This document shows positions 45,533-55,234 of a stretch of DNA of 64,000 nt, piece after piece (within the stretch, counting starts at the first letter, position 1; every line of letters starts with the position of its first letter). The stretch is from positions 4,288,001-4,352,000 of the forward strand of contig CAVWLP010000002.1 of the NCBI GenBank assembly GCA_963755915.1. The letters run 5' to 3'. The DNA comes from an uncultured Phycisphaerales bacterium. GTDB lineage: Bacteria; Planctomycetota; Phycisphaerae; Tepidisphaerales; Tepidisphaeraceae. Under the pieces are notes generated by a model. That model saw only the letters and a list, made by a program, of their open reading frames with translations, was not told the DNA's origin and searched no databases. Made by a program: the position numbers and the translations under genes.

Positions 45533-48032
45533 ATGTTCACAAATACCGGACAGAAAAAGACAAATTCCAATCCCGATAAAACCCGGCGCGGCGACTTCAG
45601 TCGCCGTGTCTTCGCAAACTCCACAAAGCGCCGCGCCAAACTCTTCTCTAACGCCATCGAACCCCTCGAATCCCGCTTCCTCCTCACCGCCGCCCCCACC
45701 ACCGTCAACGCAAACAACGGCTCCACTCCCACCGACATCCAGGTCACCTGGTCCGGCGTCTCCGGCGCAACCGGCTACCAACTCTGGCGCAACTCCTCCG
45801 CCACCACCAACGGCGCAACCGAAATCGCCTCCAACGTCTCCGGCACTTTCTACGACGACACCAATCTCACCGTCGGCAACAACTATTACTACTGGGTCAT
45901 CACCAACGCCTCCGCCGGCAACAGCGGCTTCTCCACCATCGCCAGCGCCACCGCCGGCACCCTCGTCTTCAACGACACCTTCGGCGCCACCGGAATCTCC
46001 TCCGCCTGGGGCAAGGAAAACACCACCGACCCAAACAACCCCGACGTCAATTACGTCAACAACTCCACCACCCTTTATCTCACCAGCGATCCCAACGCCA
46101 CCGATGGCGAAGCTCTGGCCATGTCTCTCTACCCCGTCAACAATTCCACCTCCGATTACGACTCCGCCGAGATCAGCACCCGCGTCGATCCCTCCAACGT
46201 CGCCAACAACCTCGAATACGGCGAAATCGAGGCCCGCATCCAACTCCCCGGCGGCAACGACTCCGCCGCCATCTGGCCCGCATTTTGGATGCTCGGCACC
46301 GACATCTCCTCGGTCGGCTGGCCCAACTGCGGCGAAATCGACATCATGGAAAACGACGGCGCCTACCCCGGCACCAACGACTCCACCCTCCACGGCCCCC
46401 AGACCGGCCAGACCGACGGCTACAACGGCGGCGACGGCGTCGGATCTTCCTTTACCCTCCCCGGTAATCAGGATTTCTATTCCTCCTTCCACACCTTCGC
46501 CGTCAATTGGGGACCCAACTTCTGCACCTTTTCCATCGACGGCAACGTCTTCGCCACCATCACCCCGTCCAATCTCCCTTCGGGCGCCACCTGGGCCTTC
46601 AACGGTCACCCCTTCTACATCATCCTCGACGTCAACGAGGGCGGCAGTTTCGCGCCCGGCAACATCACCAGCGAGCAAACCATGTACGTCGACTGGGTGC
46701 GCGCCTATAGTTTTTCAGCGCCGACGAATCTTGTCGCCTCGGTTGCCACCAGCAGCAGCCCGGCTCACATCTCGTGGGCCGCGGTAACCGGGGCGACTTC
46801 TTACGAGATCTGGCGAAATTCCTCCAATAACTCATCAAGCCCACGGAACTAAACGGCAACGTCACCACCACCAGCTACAACGACACCAGTGCCACCGTCG
46901 GCTCCAACTACTACTACTTCATCGTCGCGGGCAACGCAGCCCAAACCAGCAACTATAGCGCCGGCATCGAAACCCGCCTCACTCCCACCGTCACCATCGC
47001 GACGCCCCCCAGCTATATCGCCTACGATGGCACAAGCGATGTGACGAATTGGGCCACGGCGACCCTCACCGGCGTGAGCGGAAAACCTGCTCCCACCGGC
47101 TCGCCAACCCTCGCCTGGTACGCCGGCTCAACCGACACCGGCACACCGCTCAGTTCCCCCCCAACTAATCTCGGCATCTATACCGTCGTCGCCAACTACG
47201 CCGGCGACACCAACTACGTCCCCACCCAAAGCGCCCCGACAACATTTACGATTCAAAACCCCGTCGGCCTCTCCACCAGCGCCGGGGCAGCCTACAACAT
47301 TACCTGGTCCTCGGGCATCCCGAGCTTAAATGTCACCGCCGGCACCATCACCCTCTCGCAAGACCTCTCGACGACTTTCCCGAATTACAACCTCTCCATC
47401 AACACGAATTCCACGGTCGTCCTGAACGCCACCCAGCACCTCGGCGCCTCGTCCTCACCGGCGGCACCATCGACATCAGCTACTACTCCTTCTATATCGA
47501 TTACGGCTCCAATTCCGACCCTATCGCCACCATCGCCGGCTACATGCAAACCGGCTTTAACCAGCAGCGCTGGACCGGCCAGGGCGGCATCACCTCCTCC
47601 GCCGCCGCCGCCAACCCCTTCGTCTACGCCGTAGGCTACGCCGACTTTAACGACCCGGGAAATCCCGCCAACCTCCCCTCCGGCACCATCTATGTCCGCT
47701 ACACCCTTCTGGGCGACGCCAACCTCGACGGCACGGTGAACGGCTCCGACTTCTCGATCGTGGCCGCCAATTTCGGCCTCGGCGTCACCAACTGGGACGA
47801 AGGGAACTTCCTCTACGGGAGCTCCGTCAATGGGTCGGACTTCTCCGCGCTGGCCTCCAATTTTGGGCAGGGAGTGAGTATTCCGGCGGCTGTTACGCCG
47901 ATCGTCGAAGCTCCTGCCGCAACCAACGCAACGGCATCGACTTCTACGTCGTCCACATCCTCTCAAAGCACGGCGGATCAGACGCTTCACAAGGCGAAGG
48001 GCGGGCACGCAACCGACCGGTTGCGGCACTGA
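45533..48032 (+). CDS. GH16 laminarinase-like multidomain protein with LEPR-XLL-like N-terminus, FN3-like repeats and dockerin-like C-terminus (frameshifts near 46835 and 47450)
   Basis: IEPLESRFLL; WPAFWMLG..WPNCGEIDIMEN catalytic motif; two 'W..V.GAT.Y..WRN' FN3-like units; TLLGDANLDG module; no PEP-CTERM tail. Confidence 0.82.
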
Positions 48033-48209
48033 ACATTTTCGGACAACGGCACCCCGGAAGTGACGGGCGCGCCCGTGCCGCTTCCGGCAACGGCCTGGGG
48101 CGGGCTTGTGCTGCTGGTGGGACTTGGGGGTTTTAAGCAAGTCCGACGGTACTTCATGAGCGTATCGCTGCCGATGGCGTGAAGGAGCGCGATTCTCTGC
48201 GCAATCGCT

Positions 48210-48272
48210 TCGAACGGCAGTTCCGTTGCAACGTGGCCTGAGACGGTGGGCGACTACACCCACCCTACTGGC
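48210..48272. repeat. 63-bp direct repeat containing a GTAG-type REP palindrome
   Basis: 52/63 identical (manual alignment) to 49123-49185; minus strand reads GTAGGGTGGGTGTAGTCGCCCACC. Confidence 0.82.
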
Positions 48273-48342
48273 TCGCCAAACCAAAACCCTTGACCCGTTC
48301 CTACCGAATACGGTAGTATCCTCGCGCACTGGAGCGGTCCGC

Positions 48343-48669
48343 GTGCGGCACGAGCGATTTGAATGGGAGAAGGCCAAGGCCGATGCAAACCTCAGAAAGC
48401 ATCGCATCTCTTTTGAAGACGCCGCCGCGGTGCTGGCCGACCGGTTTGGGGAGCAGAGCCATGTTACCGAATTCGATGCAGGGCACTCGCGGCGGGAGGA
48501 TCGCTGGAAGACGGTTGGATCCTGGCCGTTCGACCGATCGAAGGTCTTCGTGATCGTCTGGACCACGCGGGCTGACGAAAGCGGCATGACTGTCACCCGG
48601 ATCATCAGCGCCAGACCGGCAACGCGCGGGGAAAGAAAGGAATACAAAGATGAAACGTCGAGCCCCTAA
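48343..48669 (+). CDS. BrnT-family toxin (type II TA ribonuclease)
   Basis: FEWEKAKADANLRKHRISFEDA, 'H..EDRWKTVG' and RIISARPAT..ER..Y motifs. Confidence 0.88.
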   Translation: MRHERFEWEKAKADANLRKHRISFEDAAAVLADRFGEQSHVTEFDAGHSRREDRWKTVGSWPFDRSKVFVIVWTTRADESGMTVTRIISARPATRGERKEYKDETSSP

Positions 48670-49015
48670 ACTTATCCGATTCAGCGCATCACAAATCGCC
48701 GCACCAGGTCCGGCCGACCGTCGGCGGATTCGGCAGGCGTTTAAGGGCCGCGTCGACACCAGCGATATCCCCGAAACACGCGGAATCAAGCGTCACGGCC
48801 CGATTTGGAACGCGATTGCCGACGCGATGCAGCGACAGGGCTTGACCGGCCACGCCCTGTGGAAGCTGGCGCGCCCCTTTGCCCCGCAGATGCCCGAATC
48901 CGCGGTATATGAATTCCTTTCCGACAAGCGATCGGTCCGCGTGGAATATGCGGATGCCATGCTCCAGGCATTGCAAGTGCGCCTCGTGTCATGGCGAAAG
49001 AAAAAAGCCGGTTGA
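48650..49015 (+). CDS. Putative antitoxin: BrnA-like N-terminus + HTH-like C-terminus
   Basis: Overlaps the toxin 3' end; 'VDTSDIPE' motif followed by a Cro/XRE-like helical region (LTGHALWK..ESAVYEFLS..YADAMLQAL). Confidence 0.65.
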   Translation: MKRRAPKLIRFSASQIAAPGPADRRRIRQAFKGRVDTSDIPETRGIKRHGPIWNAIADAMQRQGLTGHALWKLARPFAPQMPESAVYEFLSDKRSVRVEYADAMLQALQVRLVSWRKKKAG

Positions 49016-49062
49016 GGTTGGAGGCGCCGTCTGAATCCCTATTCGTCATCCTAAGAAATTGT

Positions 49063-49185
49063 GTAGGGTGGGGCGTAATCGCCCACCGTCTGGATTACTC
49101 ATCCGCCGACTTCGCGATCGCGTCGAACGGCAGTTCGGCCGCAACGCGCGATGAGGCGGTGGGCGGGTACGCCCACCCTACTGGC
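49063..49185. repeat. Inverted pair of GTAG-type REPs (REPIN-like)
   Basis: GTAGGGTGGGGCGTAATCGCCCACC at 49063(+) and GTAGGGTGGGCGTACCCGCCCACC ending at 49181 (-). Confidence 0.82.
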
Positions 49186-49201
49186 GCGGTTCCTTGAACA
49201 T

Positions 49202-50809
49202 TCAAATTCTTGAGATCCTCTGCTTCCCCGGAGTACGGAGTGACTGATACAAAAAGATGCCGGCACACAGCAGTAATGCCCACCCCAGACCGGGATACAT
49301 TCCGTCAATGAGCCGCTTTAGCGGCGGTCCCAATGGACCGTGTGCCGTGGGGAGAAAGTCGAGCCGGCCGTCACTGTCGAGCAGAATACCCAGTGTCATC
49401 AAACCGCTGGCTGCCGAGATTATCATCAGAAGAAGGGTCATTCCGAGTGAATCGCCGATCACGATTGCCCCGACGCCGGCGGCCCATACCAAATATCGCT
49501 CGTGCATGTGCGGAGCGAGGGCGAAAAAGAGCAGCCAGGGCGTCGTTGCCGCCACCAGCCAACGAGTACTTTTCCAATGCCGTTGCAAAACCAATCCCAC
49601 GATTGCGGGGATCAACCCGCAAACGTAAATCGCGCCAAGGAGGTCAGCGGTCGTTACCGGGACCGGCGGTAAGGACCAATTCCCCACATGAGGCGTGAAT
49701 GTGAAACAGATATCGTCTGAATTGAAGTGATATCGTCGCTGAAGAATGCCGGACAGAGAGTCGCTTGCGCCCATATCGAGGTTCGGATATTTCTCAATGC
49801 CATATTGGAAGCCGATGCGATACCAATCGAGCGCGGTCGACGAGGAAAAAGCTCCCGAAAAAAAGGCGCCCGCCAGGAGAGTCGTTATAACGCCCTCGAA
49901 CCAAGCTCGCGGCAGCCGACGCAGCAAAAGGGCCGACGCGGCGACGACGGCGATGAAAACAAGCGGAGGCCAATTGGGAGTCCTTCGGCCATCGGAGAAA
50001 TGCGTCAGTAACCACGGAGATACGATTGTGGCTGCGGCAAGCAGAAATCCTCCTAGCCAGCGCAAAGCGGCCAAAAGGTCTCCGCGGAAAACAGGCCAGA
50101 GAACGAATACCGGCGCCACCACCAGCAACTGCCCTTTAAACATGCACCCGATTCCGATGACCACACCGCTGACCATCCATCGCCGCCTGGAGGCCGCCAA
50201 AATCGCCCACAGATAAAATGGCAGGATCCATCCATCCCAACTGGGACGCATCCAGGAGTCGATCCAGATACCGGGATTGAGCCACAAACACATTGAAGCC
50301 GCCAGCGCCAGCCACGAACTGCGAATGGTTTGCCACACGAGCAAGCCGGCCGCCAGCGCCGCGGCCAGTTCCGTGGCATTATTGAACAGAAGCAAGGGCC
50401 GATTGACGCGATATTCGCTTCGCCAGTGACGCAGCTGAAAGCCGGCCAAAAAGTCGGGCATTTTCAGCTCATTGGGATTGATCTGGGGTACCATGTCCGG
50501 AGCGGCGTGATCGAGCCATTTCGCCCAGAGCGTGAAGACCGCCAGCCGAAGCGGCGGATAATCCAGGCCGTAATCATTTTTATCGCGGCTTTGCATCAGC
50601 AACGAATAGAGATTGAAATACCCCAGTTTGTGCGCACGATTTCCCCATCGCAGCGCGTTTTCCATGTCTGACGAATAATGGATACGCGCGCTGGCGCGCC
50701 AAGCCCACGAGCGCAGATGCAGCCCCGCCTCAGCCAGTAGCGCACAGGCGATCGCAAGCAAGACGCGGCGCAACCACCTCGGCCAGAAACCTGGGTCAAC
50801 ATTCTTCAA
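49202..50809 (-). CDS. Polytopic membrane GT-C-fold glycosyltransferase-like protein
   Basis: About 11 TM segments; early 'SD' acidic motif; DYPPL; WLNP; GCMFKGQ; MHERYL. Confidence 0.7.
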   Translation of the reverse strand: MKNVDPGFWPRWLRRVLLAIACALLAEAGLHLRSWAWRASARIHYSSDMENALRWGNRAHKLGYFNLYSLLMQSRDKNDYGLDYPPLRLAVFTLWAKWLDHAAPDMVPQINPNELKMPDFLAGFQLRHWRSEYRVNRPLLLFNNATELAAALAAGLLVWQTIRSSWLALAASMCLWLNPGIWIDSWMRPSWDGWILPFYLWAILAASRRRWMVSGVVIGIGCMFKGQLLVVAPVFVLWPVFRGDLLAALRWLGGFLLAAATIVSPWLLTHFSDGRRTPNWPPLVFIAVVAASALLLRRLPRAWFEGVITTLLAGAFFSGAFSSSTALDWYRIGFQYGIEKYPNLDMGASDSLSGILQRRYHFNSDDICFTFTPHVGNWSLPPVPVTTADLLGAIYVCGLIPAIVGLVLQRHWKSTRWLVAATTPWLLFFALAPHMHERYLVWAAGVGAIVIGDSLGMTLLLMIISAASGLMTLGILLDSDGRLDFLPTAHGPLGPPLKRLIDGMYPGLGWALLLCAGIFLYQSLRTPGKQRISRI

Positions 50810-50852
50810 ATCGAAACTATGCTATCGTTGAAACGCGCCAGGTCCATTGATC

Positions 50853-51923
50853 CTAGGGGGCCACTGACGCCATTTCGCGGAGTTGGCCGCAGGCGGCGTT
50901 GATGTCGTCGCCGCGGGTTTCGCGGAGATGGGCAACGACGCCGCGCGAGCGGAGGAGGTTGACGAATGCCCTGACGCGAGCGGGCGGTGGCGCGACATAA
51001 GCAACCCCGCTGAGGCCCGCGCCGATCGCGTTGTAGGGAATGATGTTGACGTGAGCGCGGAAGCCTTGCATCAAACTGGCGAGCATTAGGGCTTGCTGGT
51101 CTGAGTCGTTCACGCCGTCGATGATGCAGTATTCGATGTTAGGCGTGCGGCCCGTAGCCGCCTCGAACCGCCGGGCGGCGGCCATGACATCGGCGATACT
51201 ATATCGGCGGTTGGAGGGGACGAGGCGCGAGCGCGTCGCGTCGTCGGGCGCGTGCAGCGAGAGGGCAAGGTGCACGTTCAAACCCTCGGCAGCGAGGCGA
51301 TCGATCGCCGGAACGATGCCGACGGTGGAGACTGTGATCTGCCGCCAGCCGAGCCCGCCGAGATTCGGATCGGCGATCCTGCGGATGGCGGCGACGACCG
51401 CGTCGAAATTCAAGAGCGGCTCCCCCATGCCCATGAAAACGAGCGTCTGCAGACGCCGGCCCATCTCAACTGCCTGCTCCTTGAGATGCAAAAACTGCTC
51501 GACGATTTCGCCGGCGTCGAGATTTCGCTCCAGACCCCGGCGGGTGCTGGCGCAAAAGTCGCACCCCATGGCGCACCCCACCTGCGATGAAACGCACCCG
51601 GCCGCCGCGCCCGGCCGAAAGCCAGGCATCAGGACGGATTCGACCGCGGCCTGATCCTCAAACCCGATCAGCAGCTTCAGCGTTCCATCCGCGGCCTGGT
51701 GACGCCGCAGGATTGAAGATCGTCGGACGCAATAATTGGCATCGAGATGCCGCTGGAGCTCCTGTCCAAAAACGCGGGGATCACTCGGCAACTGGCCATT
51801 GGCATGATAAAAACACCGCAGGATGCGGGCGGCGTGCGTAGGCTTATGCCCCGCCTCGGCAAGCTCGCATGCGAGCCGAGTGAGATCGTAGTCAACCAGA
51901 GAGTTTACCGGCGAAGCGCTCAT
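50853..51923 (-). CDS. rlmN: Radical SAM RNA methyltransferase RlmN family
   Basis: ESVL, CVSSQVGCAMGCDFCAS, FMGMGEP, ISTVG-like VSTVG, LALSLHAP and RGDDINAACGQL motifs. Confidence 0.9.
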   Translation of the reverse strand: MSASPVNSLVDYDLTRLACELAEAGHKPTHAARILRCFYHANGQLPSDPRVFGQELQRHLDANYCVRRSSILRRHQAADGTLKLLIGFEDQAAVESVLMPGFRPGAAAGCVSSQVGCAMGCDFCASTRRGLERNLDAGEIVEQFLHLKEQAVEMGRRLQTLVFMGMGEPLLNFDAVVAAIRRIADPNLGGLGWRQITVSTVGIVPAIDRLAAEGLNVHLALSLHAPDDATRSRLVPSNRRYSIADVMAAARRFEAATGRTPNIEYCIIDGVNDSDQQALMLASLMQGFRAHVNIIPYNAIGAGLSGVAYVAPPPARVRAFVNLLRSRGVVAHLRETRGDDINAACGQLREMASVAP

Positions 51924-51963
51924 CCAACCGAGGTTTTACCCCATCCCGCGGACGTTTAGAAGA

Positions 51964-52048
51964 ATCTCACGCAGAGGCGTGAAGGCGCAGAGGAAAACAT
52001 AGGTTCGAATTCTCAGTACCTCTGCGCCTCCGCGCCTCTGCGTGAGAT
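51964..52048. repeat. Long intergenic inverted repeat (CGCAGAGGCG family)
   Basis: ATCTCACGCAGAGGCG...GGCGCAGAGG / CCTCTGCGCC...CGCCTCTGCGTGAGAT; related copies at 60794-60853 and a half copy near 53945-53972. Confidence 0.8.
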
Positions 52049-52189
52049 CTGAATTCGTTTGGGTTTCAGTAGCGAACCGCCGAGCATATGGCGACTATTT
52101 CACAGCATCAGTTTTACTTGCAACTTTTTGCCCGGTCGAGGGTACAGACACCAGAGCAACTAAAATAAGTCTCCTGCCGAGGATTCATC

Positions 52190-53701
52190 ATGCGCCAAAG
52201 AATCGCGGTGGTCATCATCGGGTTATTCGTTGTCGCTCACGCATTCGCTGATTTACCAGCGCCGGCGACGCAGCCGGGTACAAATGCCGATCTGGACGAG
52301 TTGTCACGTCCTGGATCAATTCTGGTCGTGCGCTGGGATGCACTTCTTGACGACCAGACCGCAGCGGCGATTCAAGCGCTGGGAACCGTGCAGCAATCCC
52401 AGAGCACGGTTTATCAGGCGATGACGGTAAGCGCTAACGATCTGCGAAACGCACTCGCCCAGGCGCGCTTGCGCAAGGGGGTGCTGGCCACCGGGCACGC
52501 GGTGGATTTCGGAAAGTCGGAACCCGGCGACAATCAACTGAAGATCGGCCAGCCGCTCACCGTGCAACTGGTCGTTCGAAAGCCCAGGCGCATGACGCTT
52601 CAGAGCGACTGGTCCGGCTTCGATAGCTTTGATCCTCCCGATCGGAACAGCATTCACATCGTGCTGAACCACGCGAATCTCGGGCTGCGACTTGAGGAAC
52701 AGCCGCAACAGGCCAGCCCAGCAACGGAGCCGAGCGAGCAGTCGATCATGTACGACGGCCGCCTCAAGCCGGGTGAAGCACTGGCGTTTCTGGGGACATT
52801 CACGGACGCATCCGGGACGAGTTATCATCACCTCCTCGTCTGGGAGGCGTTCCGTGCCGAGGGGTGGGAAGCTCCAAATATCGGCAGCGGAGGCTCGGGT
52901 ATCACGACTGACTGGTGGATCAAATACGGCCCGGCCAAACTGCGCTCGCTCGCGGATGTCGCTGCGGTCTGGGCGTCGCGGGCCAAGCACGCGCCGGAGG
53001 ATCCGCCCGCGGCCTATTCGGTGCTTCTAGATAACGGCGCCGGCGTGCGGCTCCTGGGTTTCTGCGAGCCGAGCAAATTTAACTTCTGCTGGTGGGACCC
53101 GGCAGGAGATCCGATTGACGCACCGATGCATATAGGGCTGCAAAGTAATAGTCAGCGAAGCCCATACTCGTATGCAATAGAGGTTCGCGGCTCGACGACG
53201 GAGCCGGAGACGCCGCTGGCGCCCGCGATGGGCGAGCAAGGGGACGCGGATTGGAAGCTGAGCGTAATGGGACTTCGGACTTTGCACCAGATTGAAGCCA
53301 TTGTGGGCGTGGGGCCGTGGAAACAGGTTGGCGAATTGAATTTCGATAAGCCGCTCACTGTTGATAGCGTCACCTACAAAATGACGACACCAGGCGGCGA
53401 TTGGTTGAACCTCGTTACTCTGCATCGGAGTTTGTCGAGCGATGACCTAATGACGGTAACGGTCGTTTCCATCGATGGGAAGGAAATCCGGCCGGTCTGG
53501 ACGGACTGTGGCGGGGAAGAGGGGGACATGGATTTCTCCGACCCCCGGCGGAGCAAAGTGAAAACGTTTCATCTCTGGTTGCGCAAGGGGCACGTCGTGA
53601 CGTTCGCAAATTTCGCCCTGTCACCCAACGTCAGACCACCGATCACGGTCACGCGCGATGAGGTTTTGGCCGCCACCAAGAATCCCCAACCGGTGCGTTG
53701 A
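52190..53701 (+). CDS. Secreted hypothetical protein
   Basis: GAGG RBS; signal peptide (..AHAFA) followed by an APATQP linker; 503 aa. Confidence 0.72.
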   Translation: MRQRIAVVIIGLFVVAHAFADLPAPATQPGTNADLDELSRPGSILVVRWDALLDDQTAAAIQALGTVQQSQSTVYQAMTVSANDLRNALAQARLRKGVLATGHAVDFGKSEPGDNQLKIGQPLTVQLVVRKPRRMTLQSDWSGFDSFDPPDRNSIHIVLNHANLGLRLEEQPQQASPATEPSEQSIMYDGRLKPGEALAFLGTFTDASGTSYHHLLVWEAFRAEGWEAPNIGSGGSGITTDWWIKYGPAKLRSLADVAAVWASRAKHAPEDPPAAYSVLLDNGAGVRLLGFCEPSKFNFCWWDPAGDPIDAPMHIGLQSNSQRSPYSYAIEVRGSTTEPETPLAPAMGEQGDADWKLSVMGLRTLHQIEAIVGVGPWKQVGELNFDKPLTVDSVTYKMTTPGGDWLNLVTLHRSLSSDDLMTVTVVSIDGKEIRPVWTDCGGEEGDMDFSDPRRSKVKTFHLWLRKGHVVTFANFALSPNVRPPITVTRDEVLAATKNPQPVR

Positions 53702-53989
53702 TCGAATCGCGAATCGCGGATTAGTCACCCGTTTCCGGGAAAATTTGCAAGACATAACTCTCCCGGACCTTCAAATTCCAAGTTTCGAATTTTACAGGGC
53801 GATATCATCGATATCATTGATATCAACGATATCACGAAAACCCGTACTCCATTATCCCCATCTCCCCCATTTTGTTGCCGACTGTAAAGTTTTGTATTGA
53901 AAGGTCCAAAACCAAAACACAATGCCGGCCAGAGGCAAATGATTTCTCAGCGCTCTCCGCATCTCCGCGGTGAGCCCAAAATCCCCTCC

Positions 53990-55234
53990 TCACTTCCGAT
54001 CGATCATCTCCCCCCACTTCAATTCCAATTCCCCCCGAAGCGCTTCCAGCCGATCATCCGGCAACCCCGAAATGTCCAAATCGGAATCCCCAACCCGCCG
54101 CTCCAAACCCCTTACATACGCTTCCAGCATCTCCCGCGAACCGGCCGGCTTTCCCGCCCCGCACGCCTCCGCGGCCGCGTCCATCAGCGGGGTCGTGTCG
54201 CCAAATAGATCCGCCCCCACATGCCAGATCATGATTCCGCCGCAATTCAAACCCGCCGCATACAGGCATTTCGCCCGCACCGACTCCGGCGTTTCAAAAA
54301 CCACGACTTGCCCTCCCCCCCGCCGGACTAGGTACGCCGCCGTCGCCTTCGCATCCCAGAGCTGCGCATAGTTCCCGGCATGCAGCAGACACATCGCCCC
54401 CGCATAACTGAGATCCTTCACCCACCCCTTCTGGTTCGCGGGAAAACGATCGCCGATGTGATCCACCGAAAACCGCATCCCCCAAAAGCTCATCCCCAGC
54501 AGCAGCTTGCCTGGCGGGACGTGATGGTTCTCAATCAGGTTCCTCATCCCCTCCGCCACCGAAAGCTCTCGCTGCGGCTCATAATCGCCCGGCGGAAAGA
54601 GGTTCTCGCAAAAGGCCGCCCTGCCACCCCAGCTTCCGCTGAAGTCGTAGGCCATCACGTTCACGTAGTCGACGTTCCGGACGATGCGATCCCAGTCGAA
54701 ATGCCCCACCCAATAGTCGCTGGTCCCCAGCGCGGTGGTGATAATCTGCGTTGGGAATCGCGCCCGGAGATTTGCCAGAAATGAGGTAAAGGCAACCCCA
54801 TCCTGAGAATTAGTCGCCGACGGCTCCCAGTCGATGTCGAAGCCGTCGTATTCATGCTGGTTCAGCAGCTTCGCCAGATCCGTGCAAAAGCGCTGGAAGA
54901 ATTCCGGATGCCGGGCGATCGAGAGCCAGTTGTCGGCATTGCGGGCCTCGCCGCCCAGGGAGATGAGCAGCTTCACGCCATGCGCTCGCGCCGCCGATTC
55001 CAGCGATGGATTGAAAAAGCCTTCCGGCGCTTCGACCTGGCCATCCTCCCGCGGCACCAGAAACGCCCGGGCCAGATGCGTCAGCCCATCAAAGTCATAA
55101 CACTGCGCCGGAAAATCCGCATCCGCCCAGCTCGCCGAATAACCGAGCACCACACGATCCGGCTTCCCCCACGCTCCGCTGGCCAAAAGCGCCGTCACTG
55201 CCGTCGCGATCAGCACGTGGGCGAAGATCCTCAT
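53990..55234 (-). CDS. Secreted GH18 glycoside hydrolase (chitinase-like)
   Basis: Signal peptide; LISLGG; DGFDIDWE catalytic DxDxE; NVMAYD; GGIMIW. Confidence 0.9.
   Translation of the reverse strand: MRIFAHVLIATAVTALLASGAWGKPDRVVLGYSASWADADFPAQCYDFDGLTHLARAFLVPREDGQVEAPEGFFNPSLESAARAHGVKLLISLGGEARNADNWLSIARHPEFFQRFCTDLAKLLNQHEYDGFDIDWEPSATNSQDGVAFTSFLANLRARFPTQIITTALGTSDYWVGHFDWDRIVRNVDYVNVMAYDFSGSWGGRAAFCENLFPPGDYEPQRELSVAEGMRNLIENHHVPPGKLLLGMSFWGMRFSVDHIGDRFPANQKGWVKDLSYAGAMCLLHAGNYAQLWDAKATAAYLVRRGGGQVVVFETPESVRAKCLYAAGLNCGGIMIWHVGADLFGDTTPLMDAAAEACGAGKPAGSREMLEAYVRGLERRVGDSDLDISGLPDDRLEALRGELELKWGEMIDRK

Noticed and set aside
50853-51923. Cfr-type antibiotic resistance methyltransferase
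   Set aside because: The motifs fit the general RlmN family and there is no mobile context; telling the two apart needs a phylogeny.
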